From Myxococcales bacterium (GTDB taxonomy: Bacteria; Myxococcota_A; UBA9160; UBA4427): a stretch of DNA of 64,000 nt. Shown one piece after another: positions 26,503-35,416 of this stretch (the first letter of the stretch is position 1; each line of letters opens with the position of its first letter). The notes below the pieces were generated by a model, which made no database searches, was not told the origin of the DNA, and worked only from the letters and a program-made list of their open reading frames with translations. A program made the position numbers and the translations under genes. The stretch covers positions 69,646 through 133,645 of the forward strand of contig DUCN01000098.1 of assembly GCA_012959805.1 (NCBI GenBank), given 5' to 3'.

Positions 26503-27183
26503 TCATCTGGACCAGGGCAGCCCCTCACCCAGGCCATTCGTGACCTCGTAGAAGCCACCTACGACTTCGATCTCGCCTGCTGCTTTCATTTCCTGCAAGA
26601 CGCCACTTCGTTCGGGAATTGCTTTCGCTCTGCGCCACTCATTTTCCGTCGCGGCGGCGTCGTCAAGCTTTTCGTTGTCGGAGGTGCAGAGCGCAGCATC
26701 GATTGAACCGACAACGCTGTCGACAGCGGGCGCGATCTTTCGAAGCATCCCCGCCAGATGACCGAGTTCGACATTGTCGCAGGCCCCCTTGATGGCGTCG
26801 CAGCGGGAGTGCCCAAGAAGCACAATGTGTTTCGCGCCTGCAATTCGAGAGGCGAAACCCAGGCTGCCGCGAATATCTTCGCTGAGATAAATCCCTGCGA
26901 TCCGGCCGCTGAAGAGTTCGCCTAACCCCTGTTCAAAGAACTGCTCCGTCGATGTGCCTGAACCAATGCAGCTATGGAACGTCGGGGAAGGAAACGAACC
27001 GTCCCTGGTTTCGTTCTCCTGTTGCAAACGATTGCGGTTGGCCTTGAGATTCGCGTTGAAACGCTCGTTGCCCTCGAACTGAATCTCGAGAGCGTCGGCC
27101 GGGGGCAGAGCCTCCGTGATTTCTTCGGTGTGGGCATGCACTTCGCCGTCTCCATTGATCGCGAGGGTGTCCACGCAGGGCAC
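26503..27183 (-). CDS. beta-carbonic-anhydrase-like protein with a non-canonical active site
   Basis: Aligns by eye to beta-CA. Zn ligands are retained (C72, H125, C128 in GHSRCDA), but CSDSR is replaced by CIGSG, so the Asp/Arg dyad is absent. Confidence 0.75.
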   Translation of the reverse strand: MPCVDTLAINGDGEVHAHTEEITEALPPADALEIQFEGNERFNANLKANRNRLQQENETRDGSFPSPTFHSCIGSGTSTEQFFEQGLGELFSGRIAGIYLSEDIRGSLGFASRIAGAKHIVLLGHSRCDAIKGACDNVELGHLAGMLRKIAPAVDSVVGSIDAALCTSDNEKLDDAAATENEWRRAKAIPERSGVLQEMKAAGEIEVVGGFYEVTNGLGEGLPWSR

Positions 27184-27230
27184 GATGGTACTGGGTTCAT
27201 TCTCGATCGGCGTATTCTAGGATCGACTGT

Positions 27231-27280
27231 TGATAGATTATATATAAATCATTACATAACTTGATAGTCTATCTCTATCA
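27231..27280. promoter_or_regulatory. paired LysR-type dyads in the divergent promoter region
   Basis: TGAT-N13-ATCA (27231-27251) and a perfect TGATAG-N7-CTATCA (27262-27280, of T-N11-A type). They lie in an AT-rich gap between the CA-like/SulP operon and the LysR gene. Confidence 0.4.
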
Positions 27281-27332
27281 GACATCTTGTCCCGCAATTG
27301 TCTATTCAACGATCGAATCAGGAGTGCTTGGC

Positions 27333-28286
27333 ATGGATCTCATTCGACCAACCATCAGACAGGTTCAATACTTCGTCGCGGTCGCGGACGAATTGAGTTT
27401 CAGACGCGCGGCGGACAACCTCGGCGTGAGCCAGCCGACACTGAGCCATCAGATCCTGGCACTCGAAGAATCATTCGGAATCCAGCTCTTCGAGCGGTCC
27501 CGCGCTGGAACGACTTTGACCGTGTGCGCCCGAGAGCTTCTGCCCGGCTCACGCCGACTCCTCGAAGAATTGCGCGGTCTCTGCGACAAGGCCGAGTCGA
27601 TCTCACGCGGTCCGGCTGGGACCTATCGGCTTGGAGTCACGCCGACGCTCGGCCCCTACCTGCTTCCGCACATTCTCCCGCCGATTCATCAGCGTTATGC
27701 CGCGCTCAAGCTGTACGTCAGAGAAGATGCGCCGCGAAATCTCGAAGCGGGTCTGGCTGCTGGCGATTACGACCTGATCCTGACTCCGCTGCCCGTGGAT
27801 CAAGCCAATCTGAATGTCGTGCCTTTGTTTCGAGAGCCGGTTCAACTCGTGCTCTCCTCGGAGCATCGACTCGCCAACAAGAAGCGGATCGGGCGTAAAG
27901 AACTGGCCGGGGAATCCGTGCTCACGATCGAAGAGCACCATCATTTTCATCGGCAGATTCAGGAGCTCTGCGACCGACTCGGTGCGCACGTACTTCGGGA
28001 CTACGAAGGGACGAGTCTCGACACCCTCCGACAGATGGTCGTCATGGGAATGGGCATCGCTTTCTTGCCTGCGCTCTATATCCGCTCCGAGATCCACGAC
28101 CAACATGAGCTTCGGGTCGTCACTGTCTATGGCGAAGAGATTCATCGGATCCATGCGCTCGCATGGCGCAACACGTCTCCGGCTCGTCAACTCTTTCAGG
28201 AAATGGCCGGCGAAATCCGCAGTCTGGTCAAGAGAGATCTTTCTGACGTCGTGAAGCCGATCTTGAAGACCCCTTCCGCGACATGA
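27333..28286 (+). CDS. LysR-family transcriptional regulator
   Basis: HTH QVQYFVAVADELSFRRAADNLGVSQPTLSHQILALE plus a LysR substrate-binding domain. AGGAG lies 9 nt upstream of the ATG at 27333. Confidence 0.9.
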   Translation: MDLIRPTIRQVQYFVAVADELSFRRAADNLGVSQPTLSHQILALEESFGIQLFERSRAGTTLTVCARELLPGSRRLLEELRGLCDKAESISRGPAGTYRLGVTPTLGPYLLPHILPPIHQRYAALKLYVREDAPRNLEAGLAAGDYDLILTPLPVDQANLNVVPLFREPVQLVLSSEHRLANKKRIGRKELAGESVLTIEEHHHFHRQIQELCDRLGAHVLRDYEGTSLDTLRQMVVMGMGIAFLPALYIRSEIHDQHELRVVTVYGEEIHRIHALAWRNTSPARQLFQEMAGEIRSLVKRDLSDVVKPILKTPSAT

Positions 28287-28532
28287 GCGTTTCGGTCTCA
28301 ACCTGCGTTGACGCGGTACCGAAACGATCGGTGGAATCCCTATCTCGACATTCCTGTCTCGATGACATCCCCGGACACCCTTTTTGGTGAGCAGTTTCAC
28401 CGCTACCTTGCCTCGCCTCATTAGTACTTACGCCGGAACTCTCATGACTCTTTTGTCTCCCCCGTCTCGATCTGACGGCTGTCGAAAGGGCCGGTCTGCC
28501 AAGAGTCTTCGTTATAGAGGAGCCCGCGCACT

Positions 28533-31500
28533 ATGACCACCTTGCTTCAAGCCGTTGCTATTGCCGCCCTGGCGATCATTGGACTTCGCATGCCGAAGGG
28601 CCAGACCCGAGGTCGCCTCTTCAGTGTGCTGAAGCTGTGGTTCACCGTTCTCGTCTTCTGGCAGCTTCTCTCCCATCCAATCGAACTCGAAACCGGTGAA
28701 ACCGAAATCGCCTGGCGGCTCATTCGCCGTCAGCTCGCGGACATCGACGCTGGCAGGTTCTGGCTCTTCTTGTCCCTGGCCACCGCCATCAAGGCCGTCG
28801 GCATGATCTCCTCCATGATCCGCTGGCAGCTCATGCTTCGCGGACAGCGAATCGAACTTCCCTTCAAGCATCTTTTCGGATCGTTCTTGATCGGGCGCGC
28901 GATCGGAACCTTCCTTCCCAGCACCGCCGGGCTCGACGGCTACACGCTATACGACGCTTCGCGATTCAGTGGCAAGACCGTCGAAGTCGCTGCCGCGAAA
29001 TTCGTCGAGAAGATCTGCGGCTTCTCGGGCGTCTTCATGACCTTCCTGGTCGCCCTTCCCTTTGGCATCGGAATCTTTGGCGAGAACGCCACGCTATTCG
29101 CGCTCCTTTCGATCCCGATCGCTGGCGGAATCATCGTCGCTCTCATCATCGCGCTGCTCTTTCCCGGAGTGATCCAGTGGGTCCTCGAAAATGTTCCGAT
29201 TCCCGCCAAGCAGCGCATCACAGGCATCGTCAACCGAATCTCGAGCTCCGCCGCCGCCTACCGTGACCGCCCCGGCATGATCCTCCAGATCCTCTTTCTT
29301 TCCTTCGTCGTCCATTTCACGACCGCCGTAATGTATTACTTCACTGCCCTCGCTATTGGCGCCGACGGCGTCGACTTCTGGAAGATCACCTTCGGCTCTG
29401 CCATTCAGATCTTCGTCACCGTCATCAGCCCCTTCACCATCGCTGGCGAGGGAATTCGAGAAGCAGCCCAGTACATATTGTTAGGCGAGTTGATCGGCCC
29501 GACAGCGGCCATCGTTTCCGCAGCCCTGGGATTCTGGGCGGCCGAAGCCCCGACCATGCTCGGCTTCGTCTTCTGGTGGATGCGAAAGGACGACTACACG
29601 CCCGAGTTCGCTCTCGTCGATGGCGTACAGGTCGACTACGAAGCGGCCGCGGCCGCAGCCAGCAGCCTCGAAGAAGATGTCGACGTCTCCGCTGGGGGCG
29701 AAGATGCGACTCCGATCGGCGAACGCCTCTGGCGGGCTCCGAGCGCTGGTGCCTTCGCTGGCATCGCCGCGGGCCTCATCATCGGACTTGGCGAAGCGAT
29801 CGTGATCTACAACACCGGGCTCGGCACAGAAAGTCAGGTCTTCTGGTACGGCCCCCTCGCCTGGGCTGCCGTCCTGGGCGGCCTCGCCGTCGTCGGCGGA
29901 CTCTTTCTCTCGGTTCTACCGATGGATCGACATGAAATCGGGAGCTGGGTCACACGACTGGGATTCGGCGCCTGCCTGATTCCCTTCGGTCTCTTCGTGG
30001 TGCTCTTCCGGTTGCGCCGTGACGTGTATCTCGAACAGATGCCGCCCGTTCTCGTCATCATCGCCGTCCTCGCCCTGGCGACGCTTCTTCTACTGATCAT
30101 CTTGAATCCGTTGAAGAAGTTGATTGAACCGATCGCCGACAAACTCGCGACACCGCTTGCCCCAATCGCGCTCCTGGTCGTCGGCGTGGGTCTCGGTGCA
30201 ATTCTCTCTCTCGTCTTTTCACCCGCTGCGCCGGCCTCGAAGACCTCGAGCGGTGTCCCCGACGCGCTTCGCGATAAACCGAATGTCATTCTGGTCATGG
30301 TCGATACGCTGCGCGCCGATCACCTCTCGTGTTATGGCGGCGACATCAAGACGCCCAATCTATGTCGGCTGGTGGAAGGCGGAACGGTCTACCAAGGCTT
30401 CTCGCATGCTTCCTGGACTAAGCCGGCTACCGCGTCGCTCCTCTCTTCGACTCTTCCTTCGACTCATCAAGCGATGTCGAAGCCCTCGAGACTGTCGGAA
30501 GACCTGACACTGATCTCGGAAGCCATGCAAGACGGCGGCTACACGACCGGCGGCATCGTAACCAATATCAACCTGGCTGAGAGCTTCGGCTTTGCCCAGG
30601 GCTACGACGACTACTACTACCTGGCCCCGGACTACATCGCGTCGGCCAAGGAATCGAGTTCGAAGCTCATCGTCTATCAGCTCGTGCGGCAACTCTGGCT
30701 CGGCGTCGCCGGAGGCGATCAAGTGCGCTTCAACGACTTCTATCAGGATTCAAAGGTCGTGAACGAGGTCGCCTTCGATTGGATCGATCGGCGCAAGGAC
30801 GATCGCTTCTTCCTCTTCCTGCATTACATGGATCCCCACGATCCCTATTTCGAACATCCCTATAACGGGGTCGGCATCGCACGGGTTTCGATGCCCGAGC
30901 CCGAACCGGAAATGGCCCAGCGGCTGCACAATCTCTATCGCGGCGAAATCGAGTACCTCGACGTGCAGTTTGGCGAATTACTCGCCAAGCTCGATGCCCT
31001 AGGTCTCTACGATGAAACGGTCATCGTTTTGACCGCGGACCACGGCGAGGAATTCAACGACCACGGCGGGTACTGGCATGGGCTGACGCTCTATGACGAG
31101 CAGATCCATGTCCCCCTGATCATCAAATGGGCCAAGGGCAGCCAACCGACGAAGCCCGGGATCAGCTCAGGCATCGCTCGCCTGCTTGACGTGGCGCCGA
31201 CGCTCATTGGTGTCGCCGGACTACCAGCATCGGACACCATGCAAGGCGTCGATCTCCGAGAACCCTTCTCGACTCGTCTCGAGAAGGATCAGCAGGTCTA
31301 CTCAGAAGAAGATCATGAAGGCAACGTGCTCTGGTCGCTTCGAACCGAGGACGAAAAACTGATCATTGCGAATCCCGGGAACCCACGCGGACTGCCCGAG
31401 CGAGCCTTCTTCGATGTTTCGAGTGATCCCGGAGAACTCGCTCCCTACGAAGATCTCGGCGCAGAACCGATCCTCGAGGAGGCAGCGCGGTTCCAGCGAT

Positions 31501-31610
31501 TGGCCGCCGAAGGCAAAGCGGTCGAAGGCGAAGAAGCCGAGATGACCTTTGCCGATTGCGAAAGGCTGCGCATGCTCGGCTACGTCGAGGACTGCTCACA
31601 CCTGCACTAG
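28533..31610 (+). CDS. fusion: MprF-like flippase-type TM domain + additional TM block + sulfatase-fold (alkaline-phosphatase superfamily) domain
   Basis: N-terminal ~330 aa carry the LPG-synthase-TM/UPF0104 pattern (FLIGRAIGTFLPSTAGLDGY). C-terminal PNVILVMVDTLRADH ... DHGEEFNDHGG is sulfatase-fold. The nucleophile motif reads T-K-P-A-T instead of C/S-x-P-x-R. Confidence 0.85.
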   Translation: MTTLLQAVAIAALAIIGLRMPKGQTRGRLFSVLKLWFTVLVFWQLLSHPIELETGETEIAWRLIRRQLADIDAGRFWLFLSLATAIKAVGMISSMIRWQLMLRGQRIELPFKHLFGSFLIGRAIGTFLPSTAGLDGYTLYDASRFSGKTVEVAAAKFVEKICGFSGVFMTFLVALPFGIGIFGENATLFALLSIPIAGGIIVALIIALLFPGVIQWVLENVPIPAKQRITGIVNRISSSAAAYRDRPGMILQILFLSFVVHFTTAVMYYFTALAIGADGVDFWKITFGSAIQIFVTVISPFTIAGEGIREAAQYILLGELIGPTAAIVSAALGFWAAEAPTMLGFVFWWMRKDDYTPEFALVDGVQVDYEAAAAAASSLEEDVDVSAGGEDATPIGERLWRAPSAGAFAGIAAGLIIGLGEAIVIYNTGLGTESQVFWYGPLAWAAVLGGLAVVGGLFLSVLPMDRHEIGSWVTRLGFGACLIPFGLFVVLFRLRRDVYLEQMPPVLVIIAVLALATLLLLIILNPLKKLIEPIADKLATPLAPIALLVVGVGLGAILSLVFSPAAPASKTSSGVPDALRDKPNVILVMVDTLRADHLSCYGGDIKTPNLCRLVEGGTVYQGFSHASWTKPATASLLSSTLPSTHQAMSKPSRLSEDLTLISEAMQDGGYTTGGIVTNINLAESFGFAQGYDDYYYLAPDYIASAKESSSKLIVYQLVRQLWLGVAGGDQVRFNDFYQDSKVVNEVAFDWIDRRKDDRFFLFLHYMDPHDPYFEHPYNGVGIARVSMPEPEPEMAQRLHNLYRGEIEYLDVQFGELLAKLDALGLYDETVIVLTADHGEEFNDHGGYWHGLTLYDEQIHVPLIIKWAKGSQPTKPGISSGIARLLDVAPTLIGVAGLPASDTMQGVDLREPFSTRLEKDQQVYSEEDHEGNVLWSLRTEDEKLIIANPGNPRGLPERAFFDVSSDPGELAPYEDLGAEPILEEAARFQRLAAEGKAVEGEEAEMTFADCERLRMLGYVEDCSHLH

Positions 31611-31673
31611 CGCGCTCGGAAATCGCGATTCAGCGGTCGGCCTTGGTTCTCTGATTCTTGTCCGCGCCACGGA

Positions 31674-32336
31674 CTAACGTCGGCGGTCTGGGCTTTCCAG
31701 GAAGGGCAGGAGTTCGTTCATCGACGCGAACACGTCGTGGGCCAAATCGAAATCTCCATGCTTCGAGAGATCGTTTGGAATCACCACGCAAGACATCGCC
31801 GCCGTCGTGGCCGATCGCAATCCCCTCTCCGTGTCTTCCACCGCAAGACAGCGCGCGGGGTCGACCGAGATACGCTCCGCTGCCGCCAGGTAGGGGGCCG
31901 GATGGGGTTTGCCATCCGAATACTCACCGTTGGCGATCGAGAAATCGAAGTAGCGCAGAAGACCCGTCTGCTCATGCATGGCTTCGAGATGGCCGCGATC
32001 TGAACTCGTGACGATGGCCATCGGAATTGATCCATGTAACCGCTCGAGGGCCTCGACGACACCCTCGAGAATCGAGACGCCTTCGTCGAGAAGAGCCGAA
32101 TAACGCACGTCGCGCCGAGCACGCAGCGCCTTGATCTCGGCGACCGAGAAACCTCTTTCCGCTGCCAGATCGAAGACACTTCGCCCCGCGCGCATCGAAA
32201 TATCGTGATAGTCCTTCGCCGTCACGCGGACATCGACGGAGCCCAGAATCTCTTGCGTTGCCTGGAGGAAGAGAGGCTCCGTATCGACGAGGACACCATC
32301 GTTATCGAAGAAGATCGCGTCGAAGGCTTCGGTCAT
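31674..32336 (-). CDS. HAD-superfamily hydrolase (subfamily IA)
   Basis: Motif I FFDNDGVLVDTE, motif II VTSS, motif IV VEDTERG. Confidence 0.85.
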   Translation of the reverse strand: MTEAFDAIFFDNDGVLVDTEPLFLQATQEILGSVDVRVTAKDYHDISMRAGRSVFDLAAERGFSVAEIKALRARRDVRYSALLDEGVSILEGVVEALERLHGSIPMAIVTSSDRGHLEAMHEQTGLLRYFDFSIANGEYSDGKPHPAPYLAAAERISVDPARCLAVEDTERGLRSATTAAMSCVVIPNDLSKHGDFDLAHDVFASMNELLPFLESPDRRR

Positions 32337-32354
32337 CCGAAGAATTCCACGCTT

Positions 32355-32762
32355 CTATTCATCATCCTTTTCCAGACGAAGCGAAGCTGAATTCATGCAG
32401 TATCGAAGCCCCGAAGGCTGTGGTCCGTCCGGAAAGACATGACCGAGATGGGCATCGCAATGGGCGCATATCGACTCTCTACGGACCATGCCGTGACTGC
32501 TGTCTACGTTTTCCGCGACGGCATCCTCATTGATCGGCGCAAAGAAACTCGGCCAGCCGGTGCCCGAATCATATTTCGATTCTGAGCTAAAAAGTTTCGC
32601 GTCACAACAAATGCAGTGATAGGTCCCCGCCGCCTTCTCATCCCAATAGCGACCGGAAAATGCGGCTTCAGTCGCTGAGCAGCGCGCGACCTGAAATTCC
32701 TCCTCGCTCAGCTTCTCACGCCATTCATCATCACTTCGAATCGTCTTCTCATCGCTATTCAT
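32355..32762 (-). CDS. msrB: peptide-methionine (R)-S-oxide reductase
   Basis: Two CxxC zinc motifs (CICC.., CAHC), GTGWPSF, and the catalytic RYCMNS (Cys form, not Sec). Confidence 0.95.
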   Translation of the reverse strand: MNSDEKTIRSDDEWREKLSEEEFQVARCSATEAAFSGRYWDEKAAGTYHCICCDAKLFSSESKYDSGTGWPSFFAPINEDAVAENVDSSHGMVRRESICAHCDAHLGHVFPDGPQPSGLRYCMNSASLRLEKDDE

Positions 32763-32810
32763 CTCGATTTTCTCCGTCGTCTTCGTGTTTGTCGATTCCT
32801 GTGTAACCGG

Positions 32811-33221
32811 CTAATCGAGCGAGACTCTCACGCTCCGCCCCGTCGATTCCAGCACGAGGATACGAGGATTGTCTGTCTCCTCACGAAATCTCAATTTCAG
32901 GATCATCAGCGAACGGAGCCCCCGCGCTCCAACGCCCTCTTCGACACCGCCCGGCCATGCAGCCGTCGCCGGCTGGCCCATGAGTCGCCACCAGGGATCC
33001 TCTTCATCGAGCGCTATGAGATCCTCGGGAATCGCCGAGCGATCCGACGCATGGGTCATCAGCAGTCCGTCGTCGCCGGACCGAACGAGCACCTGGCCGA
33101 CATCGAAGGTAAGGGCGAGCACGTCCGAGGTCCCGCCCGCACGATCGGCCTCGGCGCGCAGAATCCGGCCGCCCGACTTCACGATGCTTTCAAAAATTTC
33201 GAGACCCGACAACGTGGACAT
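32811..33221 (-). CDS. hypothetical protein
   Basis: 136-aa ORF with protein-like composition and no motif I recognise. Confidence 0.5.
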   Translation of the reverse strand: MSTLSGLEIFESIVKSGGRILRAEADRAGGTSDVLALTFDVGQVLVRSGDDGLLMTHASDRSAIPEDLIALDEEDPWWRLMGQPATAAWPGGVEEGVGARGLRSLMILKLRFREETDNPRILVLESTGRSVRVSLD

Positions 33222-33323
33222 CCGGGTAGTCTACACTGGCACGTCTTCGAGGAGAACGGATTGGCCCGCCGCAATTCCACAAAATCAAAACCGAGCTCCG
33301 TCGATCCCGAGACCCAGAAGCTC

Positions 33324-33596
33324 GTGCGTCCCGACGGATTGAGCGTTCGACGCAGGCGCCATGACCACGGTTGGTCACCGCGCGACCTCGTCACCGCCAT
33401 CGAAATGGCCAGCTTCGACGCAAGCGGGCTACGTCGCACGCTCACGCCCAACCTGCTGAAAGCCATCGAAGAGCAATCGGAAGCGATCCCCTACGACCAG
33501 CTGCTACTCCTGGCAGACGGACTCGGCTGCGACCCCGTCGACCTCATCGCCGAGGGCGAATTCTCGACGCGCCGCGCAGCTCGATCGATCAACTAA
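33324..33596 (+). CDS. XRE-family helix-turn-helix protein
   Basis: LSVRRRRHDHGWSPRDLVTAIE ... LLLLADGLGCDPVDLI is HTH_3-like. A GTG at 33324 is the first plausible start clear of the divergent gene. Confidence 0.6.
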   Translation: MRPDGLSVRRRRHDHGWSPRDLVTAIEMASFDASGLRRTLTPNLLKAIEEQSEAIPYDQLLLLADGLGCDPVDLIAEGEFSTRRAARSIN

Positions 33597-34335
33597 CCGC
33601 GGCACTCTCCTCCCCATCGAATCGCCATGTCCCACGCCGAGTCTCGAACTCGAGCACCCGAGTGAGTGCCTCCAGAAATTCTGAACGAGGCCAATCCCGT
33701 GCACCAAAACGCGTGAGATGATCGGTCTTCACCTGACAATCGATGAATTCGAAATTCCAACGCGCGAGCTGACGTACGAAGGCGCTGAAGGCGATCTTCG
33801 AAGCATCCGGTCGATGCGCGAACATCGACTCGCCGAAGAATGCGCGGCCAAGCGAAATGCCATAGAGACCCCCTACCAACTGATCCAATGGACCGTCCAC
33901 CGCGTCATCCAAGTCATCGCGGCACCAGGCCTCGATGCTATGCGCGAACCCGAGTTCATGAAGCCGGCAATAGGCCTCGATCATGTCATCGCCGATCCAG
34001 GTTCCGTCCTGGTCCGGTCGGGGAATTTCGGAGCAGGCGCGTATGACCTTCTCGAAGGCAGTGTCCATTTTCAGCACGAAGGGATGGGCGCGCTCACGCT
34101 TCGTGAGACTACGACTCATCCGGATTTCTGCCGGGCGCAGAACAGAACGCGGATCCGGCGAGAACCAGAGAATCGGCTCCTCGTCGTACCAGGGGAAAAT
34201 TCCCTGTGCATAGGCCGCGAGTAATCGTTCGGCGCCGAGGTCACCCCCATAGGCGAGCAAGCCGCGCGCATCGCTTTCTCGTGGATCCGGAAAGGGAAAG
34301 GCGCGAATCAGTTCTTCGATGAGCCCCTCTACCAT
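33589..34335 (-). CDS. aat: leucyl/phenylalanyl-tRNA-protein transferase
   Basis: GLLAYGGDL..ERLLAAYAQGIFPWY, PILWFSPDPR, GGLYGISLGRAFFGESMF. ATG at 34335, one nt after the upstream stop. Confidence 0.9.
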   Translation of the reverse strand: MVEGLIEELIRAFPFPDPRESDARGLLAYGGDLGAERLLAAYAQGIFPWYDEEPILWFSPDPRSVLRPAEIRMSRSLTKRERAHPFVLKMDTAFEKVIRACSEIPRPDQDGTWIGDDMIEAYCRLHELGFAHSIEAWCRDDLDDAVDGPLDQLVGGLYGISLGRAFFGESMFAHRPDASKIAFSAFVRQLARWNFEFIDCQVKTDHLTRFGARDWPRSEFLEALTRVLEFETRRGTWRFDGEESAAVS

Positions 34336-34336
34336 T

Positions 34337-34936
34337 TCAAACCGTCGCGAAACGAATTGCGTCAGCCGGCCATTCCGGGGCGGCGTGGATGGCCGGAAGC
34401 ACCTCGGCAATATCATCTACGGAATGCCAGATTTCGAGATGCTTCTCGTTCATGAAGCGTTCTTCGATGCTCCGTTCGAGCAACGAGAAGAGTGCATCAT
34501 AAAAGCCGTTCTGATTGAAAATGATGATGGGTTTCGTGAAGAGCCCGAGTCGCTTCTGTGTAATCGCCTCGAAGAGTTCTTCGAAGGTCCCGGATCCACC
34601 TGGCAAAGCGACGATCGCATCTGCTAGTCGAAGCATTTCACGCTTTCGTTCATGCATATCTTCGACGAGTTGAAGTTGGGTCAATGCTGGATGGGCCCAT
34701 TCCAGCTCGCGCATGAAATGCGGAATGACGCCAACCACCGAGCCGCCCTGCGCCAGCGCTGCATCGGCCATCGCGCCCATCGAGCCGAGAGCGCCGCCTC
34801 CGTAGACGAGAATATCCCCGGCACGAGCCAGCGCGTCGCCCAGCCTGGCCGCGGCGGCATGATAGGCTGGATCGCAGCTCGAGCTCGAGGCACAAAAGAC
34901 GAGAACGCTCCGCTGTGTCGGTACGGTTGTCGTCAT
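34337..34936 (-). CDS. LOG-family (TIGR00730) nucleotide phosphoribohydrolase
   Basis: VYGGGALGSMG and PGGSGTFEE motifs. Start taken at MTTTVPTQRSVLVFCASS. Confidence 0.85.
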   Translation of the reverse strand: MTTTVPTQRSVLVFCASSSSCDPAYHAAAARLGDALARAGDILVYGGGALGSMGAMADAALAQGGSVVGVIPHFMRELEWAHPALTQLQLVEDMHERKREMLRLADAIVALPGGSGTFEELFEAITQKRLGLFTKPIIIFNQNGFYDALFSLLERSIEERFMNEKHLEIWHSVDDIAEVLPAIHAAPEWPADAIRFATV

Positions 34937-35416
34937 CTGCCCCCTCGGTCTCCGCGCTCCAGGCGAGTCGGCCGCCCTCATCACCCCGATTGCTGGGGAG
35001 AGTTGACGGCCTCGGCCTTCGGTCGTAGGGTTGCGGCTTCCGGTTCGAAATCAAGGGGTTGATTTCCGGCGCTTGCAGACCCTCGGACCCGCTCAATTCC
35101 ACGCGGCCAGACGAATCATCTTCTGATGAATCTCCTGGCCACCGGGGCTGGGCGTGTAGGTCTGACCGACTGAACCAGTCTCGTCAGGGACCTGCCCGAG
35201 TTGCTAAGCGTCCTTCAACGATCAAGACATCGCGGAACTTCGTTCCCTCTATTGCCAACTGCAGCCAACCGCCTGGAATCATCCAGACGAGCGGAGGCCG
35301 GAATCGACTCAGCCATGCGCTGACCGAGGATCGCATCAGTGGCAGCCGATCGACAACCGACCCTGTCGATCGTAGATGGAGCGAAATCCGAAATGAAAGA
35401 TCGTCCGAGAGGCCAT

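Noticed and set aside
33235-33250. A sigma-54 promoter (CTGGCACGTCTTCGAG) upstream of the XRE-family gene.
   Set aside because: The -24 element is good, but the -12 element reads TCGA instead of TTGC. It occurs once, and I cannot score it without a matrix.
35100-35416. A SAM riboswitch upstream of the Cys/Met PLP enzyme.
   Set aside because: I could not locate the conserved SAM-I, SAM-II or SAH core elements by eye. It is kept only as a generic long-leader observation.
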